DNA from: Erysipelotrichaceae bacterium MTC7
GTDB lineage: Bacteria; Bacillota_I; Bacilli_A; Erysipelotrichales; Erysipelotrichaceae
NCBI GenBank assembly: GCA_001695645.1
Contig: LVZN01000025.1
Span: 1-24,147 of the forward strand
Length of the DNA stretch: 24,147 bases
Reading direction: 5' to 3'
Each line of letters opens with the position of its first letter. Position 1 is the stretch's first letter. The notes under the pieces were generated by a model. The model made no database searches. It was not told where the DNA came from and saw only the letters and a list, made by a program, of their open reading frames with translations. This document shows positions 1 to 7,131 of this stretch, piece by piece. Both the position numbers and the translations under genes were made by a program.

Positions 1-18
1 AGTTTAACATATACAATT

Positions 19-61
19 AAAAAAACTGTGAAGCAGAGCCGTACGCTCTCTACTTACACAG
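19..61 (-). terminator. Rho-independent terminator downstream of the 63..980 gene
   Basis: On the minus strand an imperfect hairpin (arms CTGTGTAAGTAGAGAG / CTCTGCTTCACAG around CGTACGG) starts right after the TAA stop (63-65). It is followed by T7 (A7 at 19-25 on the + strand). Confidence 0.6.
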
Positions 62-62
62 T

Positions 63-980
63 TTATTTTACACTCCCTTCGGCGAATACACAAATTGCTC
101 CGTTGCTATAATTTGCGGCAACTCTATAGTTGAAATTTCTTGTGTCATCAAGCTTTATTAAAATATCGTTATATTTAGCTTTTACCCTTTGCTGTAAATT
201 GTTAATTAATTCTGCTTCTATACTGATTGAGGAATTGTTACTTTTGTCTATTTCTATGGCATCACTTTGAAAATTATCATTATAATTATGATGACAAACT
301 CTTGAATTACTTTGATTATCCGTTGTGACTTTGTAGAGTGAATTATTTGTAGTATTTTTCACTATCATACTACCATGCACAATAAATAAATCTGGCGTAT
401 ATAGTGTTTCAAGTGAGTTATAAGGATTACAGTAATAAAATTCATTATTTACTGTTATTTCACTGCATATTACTTGATAGTCAATATTGTATTTTTTTGT
501 TATTCTCCCTCGTATTTTAAGTGGCTTAAATCCATGTGATATTAGATTTTTATTTATTTCATCAATTGTTACTAGATTCTTTCTAGAGTTTTGTAAATTA
601 CTAATTAGGAGAGTATCTCGTTTAAATATAGGGTATTCAGAGTTGTCATGATTGTATAAACTAGAGAATCCAGATAAATAAAGTGCATAATTAGTTGTTA
701 GTTCGCTCAATTGAAGTTGCGAAAAAAGAGCGATTACAAAATCACGATCGAGAGGGTTTTGTTTATTTAGCCTTTTTCTTATTGAATCCCACGATGTTAT
801 ACCCATTCTTTGACATAATTGATCATGTGTGATGTCATCATCGATTGGGTCAGGATTAGAAATGCTAATATCATCTTCCATGTAATAACAATACTCAGTT
901 CTTTGGTATTTGCACATTAGTGAGACTAGCTTACTTAGAGTAATATTTGAATCTACTTTATATTTAAAATTAGTATTCAT
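63..980 (-). CDS. XRE-type HTH protein with an unknown, apparently beta-rich C-terminal domain (about 305 aa)
   Basis: The ORF track gives 63..1055. I trim the start to the ATG at 980 (MNTNFKYKV...) because GAGGTG (986-991) lies 5 nt upstream, while the ATG at 1055 has no SD. Residues about 50-105 (ITHDQLCQRMGITSWDSIRKRLNKQNPLDRDFVIALFSQLQLS) read as a Cro/XRE helix-turn-helix. The remaining ~200 aa are Asn/Tyr/Ile-rich and match no family I recognise. The gene is visibly more AT-rich than its neighbours. Confidence 0.7.
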   Translation of the reverse strand: MNTNFKYKVDSNITLSKLVSLMCKYQRTEYCYYMEDDISISNPDPIDDDITHDQLCQRMGITSWDSIRKRLNKQNPLDRDFVIALFSQLQLSELTTNYALYLSGFSSLYNHDNSEYPIFKRDTLLISNLQNSRKNLVTIDEINKNLISHGFKPLKIRGRITKKYNIDYQVICSEITVNNEFYYCNPYNSLETLYTPDLFIVHGSMIVKNTTNNSLYKVTTDNQSNSRVCHHNYNDNFQSDAIEIDKSNNSSISIEAELINNLQQRVKAKYNDILIKLDDTRNFNYRVAANYSNGAICVFAEGSVK

Positions 981-998
981 ATTTTCACCTCTAGATCT

Positions 999-1072
999 AT
1001 TATAACAAAAAAAATCGAAATGGACGATTATCGTCCGCTTTTTAGAGTGGCTCATTCCATTTTATGTATAAT
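999..1072. promoter_or_regulatory. Divergent promoter region with a 6-3-6 palindrome (candidate operator)
   Basis: On the minus strand there is an extended -10, TGTTATAAT (999-1007), about 20 nt upstream of the 980 start. The palindrome GGACGA-TTA-TCGTCC (1022-1036) sits where the -35 of that promoter would be. On the plus strand TATAAT (1067-1072) lies about 30 nt upstream of the 1104 ATG, with no good -35. Confidence 0.4.
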
Positions 1073-1103
1073 AGAAATTAGCAACGTATAAGGAGGTGAT
1101 AAA

Positions 1104-1280
1104 ATGGGAACAATAAGTCTAAGGAATCGAGAAGTGATAAAGCATAATGATAATATTAAGATACTTATTATTTGCACTACTGTAGTGATATGTTTGAAAA
1201 TAGTAGTAGATTCAAAACACTCATTTTATGGAAATTTGACTGATAAGAGCATTAGGATACATCCAACCAATTTATCGTAG
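1104..1280 (+). CDS. Small membrane peptide (58 aa), absent from the ORF track
   Basis: A near-perfect SD, AAGGAGGTGA (1090-1099), lies 4 nt before the ATG at 1104. Hand translation gives MGTISLRNREVIKHNDNIKILIICTTVVICLKIVVDSKHSFYGNLTDKSIRIHPTNLS, ending at TAG 1278-1280. It has one hydrophobic helix (ILIICTTVVICLKIVV). The gene is divergent from the XRE-HTH gene. Confidence 0.45.
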   Translation: MGTISLRNREVIKHNDNIKILIICTTVVICLKIVVDSKHSFYGNLTDKSIRIHPTNLS

Positions 1281-1527
1281 CTCAATTAGCAAAGTGAAAT
1301 ATGTTTTCCTAAAATCTAAAGTTAAATTAGCAATACCTCATTTCTAACTCTGGTTAGTACAAAATTTAATTAGTATTATAAAAATATAATCTCTAAATAT
1401 TTGCATGTAAATTCCCATAGAAAAATATTGAATGTTATTGCTATAGTACTGCATATAAAAACGCATTGCTATTTGTATGGAAATATTGTAAATTATAAAT
1501 GTTAAAGACATTAGGTGAGGACTACAT

Positions 1528-1794
1528 ATGCATTATGAATATAAAACGCGACAAACATGCGCACAAACCATACGATTTGATTTAGAGGGAAATATCGTCA
1601 GCAACATTCGTTTTGAAGGTGGTTGTAATGGAAATTTAAATGCGATTTCCAAACTGTTAGAAGGAGCGAGTGTTGAAGATGTTGAAAGCAAATTACGTGG
1701 TAATTTATGTGGTGTGCGTCAAACATCGTGCACGGATCAATTAGCCATTGCAGTGCGGCAAGCATATGATGATAATCGTATCTCTGGAAAATAG
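1528..1794 (+). CDS. TSCPD-domain mini-protein (TIGR03905-like)
   Basis: The 88-aa product contains FEGGCNGNLNAISKLLEGASVEDV ... LCGVRQTSCTDQLAIAV. This is the GGCxGN...TSC(P/T)DQL pattern of the stand-alone TSCPD family. The SD AGGTGAGGA lies 6 nt upstream of the start. Confidence 0.8.
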   Translation: MHYEYKTRQTCAQTIRFDLEGNIVSNIRFEGGCNGNLNAISKLLEGASVEDVESKLRGNLCGVRQTSCTDQLAIAVRQAYDDNRISGK

Positions 1795-1818
1795 ATTATT
1801 CGGATAATATTTAAACCG

Positions 1819-1847
1819 TTGACAAAGTTAAGTATTGTTAATATAAT
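1819..1847 (+). promoter_or_regulatory. Consensus sigma-A promoter for the Abi gene
   Basis: TTGACA (1819-1824), a 17-nt spacer, then TATAAT (1842-1847). Both hexamers are perfect and the spacing is optimal. Confidence 0.7.
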
Positions 1848-1936
1848 CATAACAAGGAAAGCGCTAGTCTGTCTAAGGGCTTCTAGTGCGCAGAAACCTC
1901 TGGATGGCAAGGGATTGCTTGAAGGGGGTTTTTGTT

Positions 1937-2917
1937 TTGTATAAAGAAGAATGTAAGTTAAAACCTTTTTTTAGCTTGGATGAACAAATTGAACGTCTTA
2001 AAACACGAGGGTTGACTATTGCTGATGAGGGAAAAGCAAAAAGATCTTTGATGTGCACAAATTACTATAACTTAGTAAATTATTATGGCAAGTACCTTGA
2101 AAATGATGGTGGGTTTGTTAAGGGGGCGACTTTCAATGAACTTCATCAAATTTCAATTTTTGATAAGCGAGTTCGATCTACTTTTTTGAACCACCTAATT
2201 CGTATTGAATCCATGCTTAAGTCTTTTGCGGCATATACTTTTTGTAATGTACATAGGGAAAAGTATGCATACCTAAATTTAAGCAATTTGGATACGGATA
2301 ATCCTTTGAAATGTGCAAAAGTCATTTCGAAAATGGCAAATACAATACAAATTCATCAAAAAAATGCCAATCACCCAATTGGACACTATGTGAATAAATA
2401 CGGACATGTTCCATTATGGGTTTTGGTGGGCTTTATTGACTTTGGAACGTTTGTTCAATTCTTTGAAAGTATGACCTTATCAGATAAAAATGCTTTGGCA
2501 AAGGAAATTTCAATTCTTTATTTTGATAACTATGGAGAAAAAGTTATTTTGACTCCAGAACAACTATTAAACTATTTACAATCCATGCAGCAGTTGCGAA
2601 ATGCTGCAGCACATGGTAATCGACTGATGTCGTTCAAATTTAGAAGTGATGTAAAATTTCATACAGAGTTATTTGCTGAGTTTGGGGTTATAGATAAATC
2701 AGCTCCTAAACAATCCATTTTCTATATATTTATGGTAATGAAATTATTTCTAGCAAAGGATGATTTTACAAACATGTTTAACTCCATTCGTAAGAGCTGC
2801 AGAAATTTATCTAATAAATTAGATTCGATTGAAATCGAAATTCTAATGAGGGAATTTGGCTTTCCAAATAATTTTTTTGAAAATCACAGTGGCTTAATTA
2901 AGAAATCAAATAATTAA
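1937..2917 (+). CDS. Abi_2 family (AbiD/AbiF-like) abortive-infection protein
   Basis: Family hallmarks are KPFFSLDEQIERLKTRGLTI, NYYNLVNYYGKYL, IESMLKSFAAYTF, PLWVLVGFIDFGTFVQFF and LRNAAAHGNRL. The ORF track opens at GTG 1886. I prefer TTG 1937 because GAAGGGGG (1921-1928) lies 8 nt upstream and leaves the usual short N-terminus before KPF. The start remains uncertain between 1886, 1904 and 1937. Confidence 0.85.
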   Translation: MYKEECKLKPFFSLDEQIERLKTRGLTIADEGKAKRSLMCTNYYNLVNYYGKYLENDGGFVKGATFNELHQISIFDKRVRSTFLNHLIRIESMLKSFAAYTFCNVHREKYAYLNLSNLDTDNPLKCAKVISKMANTIQIHQKNANHPIGHYVNKYGHVPLWVLVGFIDFGTFVQFFESMTLSDKNALAKEISILYFDNYGEKVILTPEQLLNYLQSMQQLRNAAAHGNRLMSFKFRSDVKFHTELFAEFGVIDKSAPKQSIFYIFMVMKLFLAKDDFTNMFNSIRKSCRNLSNKLDSIEIEILMREFGFPNNFFENHSGLIKKSNN

Positions 2918-2999
2918 TTTGTCATTGTATTGTGAACTGTATTTATACGTGTGAGTGAAAATACATAGTTAAAATTACTTTAATAATAAAACCTAAAAA

Positions 3000-3028
3000 T
3001 TGACAGATAGTTTGTAGTATAATAAGAT
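3000..3028 (+). promoter_or_regulatory. Candidate promoter of the U32-U32-proS operon, implying a leaderless or near-leaderless mRNA
   Basis: TTGACA (3000-3005), a 17-nt spacer, then TAAGAT (3023-3028). A perfect TATAAT also sits at 3018-3023, but only 12 nt from the -35. Either -10 places the transcription start within a few nt of the ATG at 3037, which has no SD. Confidence 0.4.
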
Positions 3029-3036
3029 AGCAAACG

Positions 3037-3933
3037 ATGGAAGAAAATATTATAGTTTCGCCTTATACGTTGGCGGATATTGAAAAATTATATGATGCAG
3101 GAGCAACATCAATTCTCGTTGGGATTGATGCTTTTCCTTTTGCCTCAACCATATATGTCAATCATGATGAATTAAAGGAAGCTAGAAAGCAGACAAAAGC
3201 GTTAGGAATGAATCTTTACGTAAACCTAAATGCGTTCTTTATGGAACATGATATAGATGTATTAGTAAAAGAATTAAAGGTACTCAAAGACGTTGGTGTT
3301 GATGGTATTTATTTTACGGATTTAGCGGTTTATACAGAAGCAAAAAAACTGGATATGACAGATCTATTAATCTATAATCCTGATACATTACTAACCAATC
3401 ATTTGGATGTGCAAGAATATTTAAATCTTGGCTTACAAATGTGTACATTGGCAAGTGAAATTACGTTGGAAGATGTTGTTTCAATTGCAAGTAAAGTAAC
3501 AGGACGTGTTGAGGTGATCGTACACGGGCGACTTAGTATGATGCATTCCAAGAGAACCTTACTAACAAATTACATGAGATTTATCAACAGTGATCATCCA
3601 GTCGTTGATAACAAGAGGCTTTACTTGATTGAAGAAAAACGAGATGACCACATGCCAATTTTTGAAGATGTTAGTGGAACGCATATGTACACTGGATTTA
3701 CACTAGCCAGTTTTGAAGAAATGGATGATTTTGTCAAAGCTGGAATTCGTGATTTTCGAATTGAAAGCATGTTTTCTAATGTTGACGAGTTGTGTCGAAT
3801 CATCAAAGATTATCGCTATGTGTTAAAGCATCCAGAAAGTGGTCGTGCATTTTATCAAGAATATGAAAGAAACTTTGTGGAGCAACACATTACCAAAGGA
3901 TTTCTTTATACAAAGACAGGAGCAAAAAAATGA
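3037..3933 (+). CDS. Peptidase U32 family protein, short paralogue (B. subtilis YrrN/TrhP1-like)
   Basis: The 298-aa product has a U32 TIM-barrel-like N-terminus (DAGATSILVGIDAF..., VGVDGIYFTDLAVY). The position of the U32 Cys motif is degenerate (EVIVHGRLSMMHSKR, no Cys). It overlaps the next U32 gene by 4 nt (ATGA). Confidence 0.75.
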   Translation: MEENIIVSPYTLADIEKLYDAGATSILVGIDAFPFASTIYVNHDELKEARKQTKALGMNLYVNLNAFFMEHDIDVLVKELKVLKDVGVDGIYFTDLAVYTEAKKLDMTDLLIYNPDTLLTNHLDVQEYLNLGLQMCTLASEITLEDVVSIASKVTGRVEVIVHGRLSMMHSKRTLLTNYMRFINSDHPVVDNKRLYLIEEKRDDHMPIFEDVSGTHMYTGFTLASFEEMDDFVKAGIRDFRIESMFSNVDELCRIIKDYRYVLKHPESGRAFYQEYERNFVEQHITKGFLYTKTGAKK

Positions 3934-5153
3934 GTAAGGTTGAATTGTTAGCACCAGCTGGTGATTTAGCCAGACTGAAGATAGCCATTCGTTATGGAGC
4001 AAATGCTGTGTATTTGGGTGGGAAGAAATTCTCACTTCGTTCACGTGCCAGTAACTTTGAAATTGCGGATATTGCTGAAGGGGTAGAATTTGCCCACGCG
4101 CATGGAGCACATGTGCATGTGACGGTGAACATGCTGCCACATGAAGAAGATTTAGAAGGACTTGAAGCCTATTTAAAAGACTTGGAGCGCGTGGGTGTCG
4201 ATGCGATTATTGTGGCAAGTTTTCATATTATGAAACTAGCAAAACAAGTGGCACCAAACTTAGAAGTGCATGTAAGTACACAGCACTCAAGTACGAATAG
4301 TGGTGTCATCGATTTCTATGAAAGCCAAGGGATGAATCGGGTAGTTCTTGCTAGAGAATGTACACTTGATGATGTAAAAACAACGATGCAACATGCAAAA
4401 CTACCGGTGGAAGTATTTATCCATGGTGGGATGTGTATTTCCTATTCGGGAAGATGTACCATGTCTAACTCGATGACCCTTCGTGATGCAAACCGTGGTG
4501 GTTGTGCACAAAGTTGTCGTTGGAAATACAAATTGTACGATGCAGGTACACCTATTTATAAAGAAGATCATCTATTCTCCATGAGTAGTAAGGATTTAAA
4601 TGCGATGCGTTTTTTACCAGAGTTAATTGATGCAGGAGTGGCTAGTTTCAAAATCGAAGGACGCATGAAAAGTCCATACTATCTAGCTACGGTGGTACGT
4701 AGTTATCGCAAGCTCATTGACACGTATGAACAAACAGGGGTTTTGAGTGATGCAGATTATGCCTGGGTGGTTAAGGAACTTGCCAAAGCGGAAAACCGTT
4801 TAACTGGACCAGGGTTTTATGCAGGATTGCCAAAGGTGGAAGATCATCTTTACGGTGTCAATGGAGCTGGTGTGAGTCAAGAGTTCATCGCTTATGTGCT
4901 GGACTATGATGATGCAACAAACATGGCAAAACTTGAAGTGCGAAACAACTTTACCACAAATGATCAAGCAGAGGCGTTTGGACCAAGTTTGGATAACACA
5001 TACTTTACGATTGATACCCTTTACGATGAAGAGGGTCAAATCGTGGATGTTGCGCGTAATCCAATGCAAGTTTTGTACACAAAAGTGGATATAAAACTAA
5101 AAAAACATGATATGATAAGAAAAGTTATGACAAAGCGAGAAAGCGTATATTAG
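3930..5153 (+). CDS. Peptidase U32 family protein (YrrO/TrhP2-like, tRNA ho5U-associated family)
   Basis: The 407-aa product carries EVFIHGGMCISYSGRCTMS, which matches the U32 signature E-x-F-x2-G-[SA]-[LIVM]-C-x4-G-x-C-x-[LIVM]-S with one deviation. Other family-typical motifs are ELLAPAGD, ANAVYLGG and FKIEGRMKS. Confidence 0.85.
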   Translation: MSKVELLAPAGDLARLKIAIRYGANAVYLGGKKFSLRSRASNFEIADIAEGVEFAHAHGAHVHVTVNMLPHEEDLEGLEAYLKDLERVGVDAIIVASFHIMKLAKQVAPNLEVHVSTQHSSTNSGVIDFYESQGMNRVVLARECTLDDVKTTMQHAKLPVEVFIHGGMCISYSGRCTMSNSMTLRDANRGGCAQSCRWKYKLYDAGTPIYKEDHLFSMSSKDLNAMRFLPELIDAGVASFKIEGRMKSPYYLATVVRSYRKLIDTYEQTGVLSDADYAWVVKELAKAENRLTGPGFYAGLPKVEDHLYGVNGAGVSQEFIAYVLDYDDATNMAKLEVRNNFTTNDQAEAFGPSLDNTYFTIDTLYDEEGQIVDVARNPMQVLYTKVDIKLKKHDMIRKVMTKRESVY

Positions 5154-5165
5154 GAGGTTATTGTT

Positions 5166-6863
5166 ATGAGACTAAAAAATAGTTTCTTCTATACGATCCG
5201 TGAGGATAGTAAAGATGAAGAAAGCCGCAGTGGAAATTTACTTGTTCGTGCGGGAATGATCAAAAAAAGCAGTGCAGGGTTCTACATGACAATGCCCATG
5301 GGTCAACGTGTCATTCGTAAAATCGAACATATCGTTCGTGATGAAATGAATAAAGCCGGTGCACAAGAATTAACGATGCCAACGGTGATTCCAGAAGAAG
5401 TATACGAAAACAGTGGACGTCGTGAAGCATTTGGTTCCAACATGTTTGCTTTACGTGATCGTAATGATAAACGTTATGTCTTAGGACCAACACATGAAGA
5501 ACTGTTTGCGATGGCAGGGATGATGGATGGATCAAGTTATAAAGATTTTCCATACAACCTATACCAAATTCAAAACAAATTCCGTGATGAAACTAGACCA
5601 AGATACGGTTTGATTCGTACACGTGAATTTACGATGAAAGATGCATATTCATACGATGTGGATTTAGCAGGACTGGATATCTCCTACCAAAAGATGTTTG
5701 ATGCCTACTGCAATAGTTTTGATCGTATGCACTTAAACTATAAGATTGTCAAAGCAGATACAGGTGCCATGGGAGGACTTTTAAGTGAAGAGTTCCAAGC
5801 GATTACGGATATTGGTGAAGACATTGTTGTTCTATGTGACAATTGCGATTTATCAAGTAACTTAGAAATTACACCAGTGGTTATTACTGAAACACCAAGT
5901 GACGAAGCTGAACTTGCTTATGAAATGGTGGAAACACCAAATGCAAAAACGATTGAAGAAGTGGCAGCGTTCTTTGGTAAACCAGTAACAAGTTTTGTGA
6001 AAACGTTAATCTACAATGTAGATGGTGAATTGTATGCCTTCTTAATGAAAGGTGATCGTGAACTAAATGAAACCAAAGTACTGAAATTATTAGGTGCTAA
6101 TGAAATGGAACTTGCAACCTTTGAAGAGGTGGAACAAGTAACTCATGCAAAAGTTGGTTTTGCTGGTCCAATTGGACTGGATATCAAAGTTGTGATGGAT
6201 AATGAAGTTGCCAACATGAAAAACTTTATTACGGGAGCTAATAAAAGTGACTATCACTACAAAAATGTAAACCTAAAAGACTTCAATGTCGATAAACAAG
6301 CGGATATTGTGAGTGTACATGAAGGTGATGTATGTCCAAACTGTGGTGGAAAACTAAGTTTTGCCCGCGGAATTGAAGTTGGAAATACCTTCAAGTTAGG
6401 CACGAAATATGCCGAAAGTATGAACTTCAACTACTTGGATAAGGAACAGAAACTTCACCCAGTTGTAATGGGAAGTTATGGTATTGGAATCCAACGTTGT
6501 ATGGCGGCTATCGTCGAACAAAACAACGATGAAAATGGAATTGTTTGGCCAATGAGTGTTGCGCCTTACCATGTGGAAATCATTCTTGTCAACGCTAAGG
6601 ATGAAGCGCAGGTACAACTTGCAGATGCTTTATATGATGACTTACAAGCACAAGGTGTGGAAGTCTTATATGATGACCGCGATGAACGCGTTGGTGTAAA
6701 GTTCAAAGATAATGAATTAATTGGAATTCCTTTACGTATCACCGTTGGAAAACGTGCAGGTGAAGGAATTGTGGAATTCAAAACACGCACATCAGAAAAA
6801 GAAGAAATCGAAGCCAATAAAGTCGTTTCTTTCGTTCAAGACAAAATCAATGAAGCAATGTAA
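5166..6863 (+). CDS. proS: Prolyl-tRNA synthetase, bacterial type with an inserted editing domain
   Basis: The 565-aa product has class II motif 2, FRDETRPRYGLIRTREFTMKDAYSYD, a ProRS-typical N-terminus (SGNLLVRAGMIKK) and a large insertion between motifs 2 and 3. The SD AGGAGG lies 8 nt upstream. The gene starts only 12 nt after the preceding stop. Confidence 0.95.
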   Translation: MRLKNSFFYTIREDSKDEESRSGNLLVRAGMIKKSSAGFYMTMPMGQRVIRKIEHIVRDEMNKAGAQELTMPTVIPEEVYENSGRREAFGSNMFALRDRNDKRYVLGPTHEELFAMAGMMDGSSYKDFPYNLYQIQNKFRDETRPRYGLIRTREFTMKDAYSYDVDLAGLDISYQKMFDAYCNSFDRMHLNYKIVKADTGAMGGLLSEEFQAITDIGEDIVVLCDNCDLSSNLEITPVVITETPSDEAELAYEMVETPNAKTIEEVAAFFGKPVTSFVKTLIYNVDGELYAFLMKGDRELNETKVLKLLGANEMELATFEEVEQVTHAKVGFAGPIGLDIKVVMDNEVANMKNFITGANKSDYHYKNVNLKDFNVDKQADIVSVHEGDVCPNCGGKLSFARGIEVGNTFKLGTKYAESMNFNYLDKEQKLHPVVMGSYGIGIQRCMAAIVEQNNDENGIVWPMSVAPYHVEIILVNAKDEAQVQLADALYDDLQAQGVEVLYDDRDERVGVKFKDNELIGIPLRITVGKRAGEGIVEFKTRTSEKEEIEANKVVSFVQDKINEAM

Positions 6864-6889
6864 GCAGTGGGTCACACCATTGCTTTTTT
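6864..6889 (+). terminator. Rho-independent terminator after proS
   Basis: Stem GCAGTGG / CCATTGC (one G-U pair) with loop GTCACA, followed by T6. Confidence 0.7.
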
Positions 6890-7131
6890 AGTGCAATAAA
6901 GCTCAATTACCTACATAAACAATAATTTCACACGCTAAAAATATGGTAAATTACGTATCTATCGAACGAAAAAAAATTATACAAAAAAAGTATCGTCTGC
7001 AACATGTTATCTCCTTAAAAATATACATAAATTATAATGTTTTATAAAAGTTATATTTTCCAATCGTTTCGCTACACAAATAATATATCGCAAATTATAA
7101 TGTGATTGTGTTGAAATAAAGGAGAGGAAAC

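Noticed and set aside
63-1280. An RRNPP/Rgg-SHP-type quorum-sensing pair (XRE-HTH regulator of about 300 aa plus a divergent small peptide).
   Set aside because: The regulator's C-terminal domain looks beta-rich (alternating I/V/Y/T, Asn-rich) rather than TPR-helical. The HTH is not N-terminal. The 58-aa peptide has an internal TM helix rather than a short secreted hydrophobic C-terminus.
1873-2058. A 61-aa minus-strand ORF overlapping the 5' end of the Abi gene.
   Set aside because: It is antisense to a well-supported CDS, has no SD and has a basic low-complexity composition typical of shadow ORFs.
2918-3036. A possible T-box leader for proS.
   Set aside because: The only available leader is 119 nt long and AT-rich. 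I found no specifier-loop/AGAGA/T-box (GGTGGTACCGCG-like) sequences. The gap of 5154-5165 directly upstream of proS is only 12 nt.
3621-6817. Seven short ORFs nested in or antisense to the U32 and proS genes (3621-3806, 3823-4140, 4800-5069, 4894-5094, 5311-5553, 6396-6617, 6566-6817).
   Set aside because: All lie inside genes with strong family motifs. None has an RBS, and their compositions look like out-of-frame translation.
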